A DNA stretch of 64,000 nucleotides, taken from Ptychomitrium polyphyllum. Taxonomy: Eukaryota. Both the position numbers and the translations under genes were made by a program. A model generated the notes under the pieces. That model worked only from the letters and a program-made list of their open reading frames with translations, made no database searches and was not told the origin of the DNA. Positions 60,220-64,000 of this stretch are shown here, one piece after another (the first letter of the stretch is position 1; each line of letters opens with the position of its first letter). The stretch spans positions 2,604,001 through 2,668,000 of the forward strand of contig OZ316775.1 in assembly GCA_973851085.1 (NCBI GenBank). The letters are read 5' to 3'.

Positions 60220-63200
60220 TCAATTGGAATGGAAAAGACGCTCGTCTGGCAACTGGATGTTCCTGCGATTCCAGTGCAAGCTTTCCCGCACACTACGAAG
60301 AAAGTCACCACTCGATTCCTTTTCACAAACGGCAGGAACAGGCCACTCTGACATCCGAACAATCAAGGAATCACCTCCAGATAGCTGCTGCCGCCCCTTT
60401 CCATCAAAACTCGCCCATGCTTGACCCCTACAGTTTTTGGGTAACTGCAACCCAAACAACACATAGGTACAAAATCACGCCCTGATCAATGTATCTTTTC
60501 AGCATTTTAATGTGGTGTACCCAGTGGCAGCTTATTTTAATTGAAGAAAAAAAGTTGATTAAATGACGAGCTTCTGTCTATTTTACTAAACGATGGACAC
60601 ACACCTGTACTCGCAGTGTAACATAATCTGGCAAAATTAACGGTCTGAATGATAAAGAATGTGGGCAAATCGGTGTGAAAAGAATGCCTGGAACCTGCAC
60701 AGAAATACATCTCGCTGAAATAAATATCCAGATCGTGCGTTTCATTTCCACATTCCAATTTTGAATAGATTATTAATCGTGGTCTTGATTTGAGGTTCAA
60801 GAGTAGGAAAGAATGATATTTTCGTTAAGGTTCACATTATAAAATCCTCAATGCTAGTTGATGGCCAAGTACAACATGACAAAATTGAAGTCAAACTTCA
60901 AGCTTCCGGCACAATACCTGAGGGTGAACCACTGAGCCTCCAGCTGCCAAAGAATACGCCGTACTTCCTGATGGACTTGAAATTATCAAGCCATCACCTT
61001 GTACAATAGTGACGAAGTGCCCATCACAAAAGCACTCTAAGTTTGAAAGGGCTGATGACATGCCTCTGTCGATAGAAACCTCATTAAGCACAAGATATTC
61101 AGTGGATTCTGAGCTCATATCGCCGAATGCTGTGACATTATTACGAATAATCTGGCAATGAAGTCGATGTCGCAGTGTGATGTATGCCGGACCTTTCATT
61201 ATTGCTTGTAAGCTTTCTCTGTACAGACTGCTTTCTGTGGAGTGCTAAGTTAAGAATTTAACTACCACTAAAATAATACACCCAAGGAGAAGTGCCTTTT
61301 GTGTTTGTATGCCAGTATCAGAACGTCAGACAATAGAAGAAGAAAAAACACTTGCCAGCGAGAAAAAGCTACACAAGCTCTATCTGAAGAAGAAGAGAAC
61401 GTTTAACTCACAATTAAAATGGTTTCAGAGTGGATACGGAATTTAGTCATGAATCCTAAGGAGCCCATGGAGAAGGCCACTAGTGGAGGCATAGGACCTT
61501 TGAATAGTGACGCCGCCTGCAGCAAACAGGTTTCAGGATTACTATATTGATACAAATCAAGTTACTCTAGCATGTCCAACTATTCAAGGGTGTCTATAAC
61601 ATACTACAAAACGTATGATGTAATCTAATTTCTGCTGTGCCTGGTTATTTTTTGGCCCTGTTTACACAAAACTAAAAACTATAGCAAAAAATGACTAGTA
61701 AAACCAAACATGTTACGTTAATGAAAATGTAACTATGCACGAAATTGCTTTAAATATTGATGGTAGCAAACGCCAAACATAAATTTCTAACAGGACCAAA
61801 GAATGACTAGAGAAGATGTAGTTTACCCAGAGCATCGTCCCATCACCACCTAAAGTGATGACCAGATCCACTTTCTTGTTGATGTCCATCAGTTGTTTCT
61901 CTGCCACGACAAATTCACAACGCAAAACTCATTTCACTTTATTGATAACACTCCATTGTATTTTACTCGATCATGGATAAACTGGATACCGTGGCCATGA
62001 GTGGCTTCCACGTAATCAACATGCATCGATAGTCGTAGCAAGACACATCATGCCAAGATAAACAAAACCAAGTACGCATTCTCTAAACGTACCTGTCCCA
62101 CATGTCTGGATGAAATCAAAATCGGCACTGTCCTCCAACAATGCTGCCTTGACTCTCGACTCTACAAAAACATTTGATACTTTCTGATCTCTGAGCCACC
62201 TGCAGATCGACGTTGACATACTCAGTACAGGAATCACGAACATAAAGCATTGAAATTAATTATTTGACTTGCTATTAGCAACTCTTAGCGTAGGCAAATC
62301 CTATACATACTTGACGAGTGAATACTAATTTAAGCAAAACTGGAACGAAGGAGAGATAGTGCATATTATTGACAATTGTTTATTTTTACTTTGAAATATG
62401 TCTCAGATTACGATTTCTAAAACAAATCGAAAAGCAATACACCAAACTACCTGAAAACAAACTTACCAAACCATTTCTTTACAAAGCTGCTGCACGGCTC
62501 CTGCATTTGGCTTCAAGAGAATGAAGACCGATCGAGGTGAAGACTTCCAAATCAAAATAATCTATCGAACAGAAACAATGAGGCTTGTGAGAAACCACAG
62601 CATGCTATCGAGTAGAAATGGCGCATAGAAAGGGACCCGTGTTTGTTTCAAGCAAAAGGACTGACACGTGCACAATCTCATTAAAACACCTCAGGACAAT
62701 TCAGATGCGCCAACGTCGCAAAAGAGAGCACCTGTTCGTTGCTTCGGACTTCTGCATTGATGTCACCGGATTCAATTGAGACAAGGTCACGATTCTGCCT
62801 TTGCCTCCTCTCATCGACAGGATCCCAAGTGAGAGTAAATGGTGCCTGCGGTATAAAATAGTAATCCACGTAAATACAAGTGATCAGCTGGTGGGATACT
62901 GCTTGAGGTGACAAATAGGTGAGCAATGAACATGTAAAATATCGAACACTGTAAAAAAACAAGGAATAAGAAAGCAATCGACCCTTAACCCCAAGCACTA
63001 GCCACTTGCGGTAAGCCTAATATGCCTAGAAGATACAGGCATTTGAAAGATAAAACCAGACAAAACATAGCAGCTAATTAAACCGACAAGTTTAGAGTCA
63101 CAAGGACAGGCAGTTTGCTCGTGCATCAAAAGAGAAACAAATTGTGGAGAAGGTCAAACATTTCTCATTTCACCTTCTCAGATACTTTCCCCTCCAACTG

Positions 63201-63746
63201 CGTATCCAAGTAAAGATTATTGAAAGGATCGATATTATAGCTCAGATCTTGCTGAGTACGAGTGACTTCCTCAGATTGGGGAAAATCGTTTGCAGAAAAA
63301 CCGTTTGGTGGTATCTGTGTTGGCAGATTTAACGCTCTTAACTCGTCGGCATTAGTCTCGACATTGGACATGGCTGACGGATAATCCTGTCTTGAAACGT
63401 CTGAAACATTGCTGAACATTTGTGAGCTACATCGAAAATATACAAGCGTTGAATACCAATAAAAATTGATCAACTGTTTTAGAATGCTACATCGTCAATT
63501 GACAGAAACAATTTGACACCAATAGGGTTTGGACAGACAAAAAACTGATAATTGTTTTAATATTCTTCCAAACAGTAAAGCATTGTTACGAATGAAGACA
63601 ATTACCAAGAGCTGCATTGTCAGCAAGAAGGCGCTTGAGATAGGTATTTCGAAGGAGTTCCATTTCATACTTATGCTTCCATTGTGCAGCTTCATCTTCA
63701 GCATGAGCTTTTTTCAACGCCACTTCCTCGAGGGCCTTGGCAACAG
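60220..63746 (-). CDS. NADK1: NAD(H) kinase, NADK1-like, multi-exon; 5' exon(s) probably beyond the window
   Basis: [29 protein letters not shown] coiled coil (exon 63746-63606), [75 protein letters not shown]. The last exon is 60444-60220. Confidence 0.95.
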
Positions 63747-64000
63747 CTATTAACACATATGTTACAAATCAGTTGATTGGGTCCAACCAACAAACAAGAG
63801 ACGGTTTCCGCGCGTTCAAGTATAGAATTACATGTAATTACAGTAAAAGCAGATAAGGTCTTTCTCAGGAGTATTCAGAGGAATTCAACCCTCTGGATAA
63901 GGTACAGATTCAAGAAACCTCAAATTGAGTTCTCAGATGATTTACAAGAGGGGAAACATAAGCCAGAGAAAAAAATATGCTGGATTCGTAAGCATGGAAC

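Overview
Eukaryotic, intron-rich, gene-dense land-plant DNA. Gene structure and protein sequences suggest a moss (inference, not verified). Supported genes in order: 3' end of midasin (+), a Stig1-like Cys-rich gene with an apparent frameshift (-), an intronless PAP2-family phosphatase with degenerate catalytic motifs and an Arg/Ser-rich N-terminus (-), SmB (-), a pectin methylesterase (-), tRNA-Cys(GCA) (-), a CCT-domain gene without a B-box (+), an ABCA half-transporter (-), a bacterial-like GNAT acetyltransferase whose intron 2 lacks a GT donor (-), ferrochelatase with C-terminal CAB motif (+), an extended SPT small subunit (+), a GDPD with an upstream P1BS (-) and a 5'-truncated NAD kinase (-). 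Two AT-rich, TE-like blocks each end in a tandem array: a 20-bp minisatellite plus G-tract before ferrochelatase, and a 96-unit 8-bp array with a 104-bp higher-order period. The strongest novelty candidates are the probable pseudo-phosphatase, the GNAT with its AT-AG junction, the Cys-rich gene and the satellite higher-order structure. No CRISPR array, rRNA or intact transposase was seen. Exon models were built by hand from splice signals and frame continuity, and family calls come from recalled motifs, not database searches.
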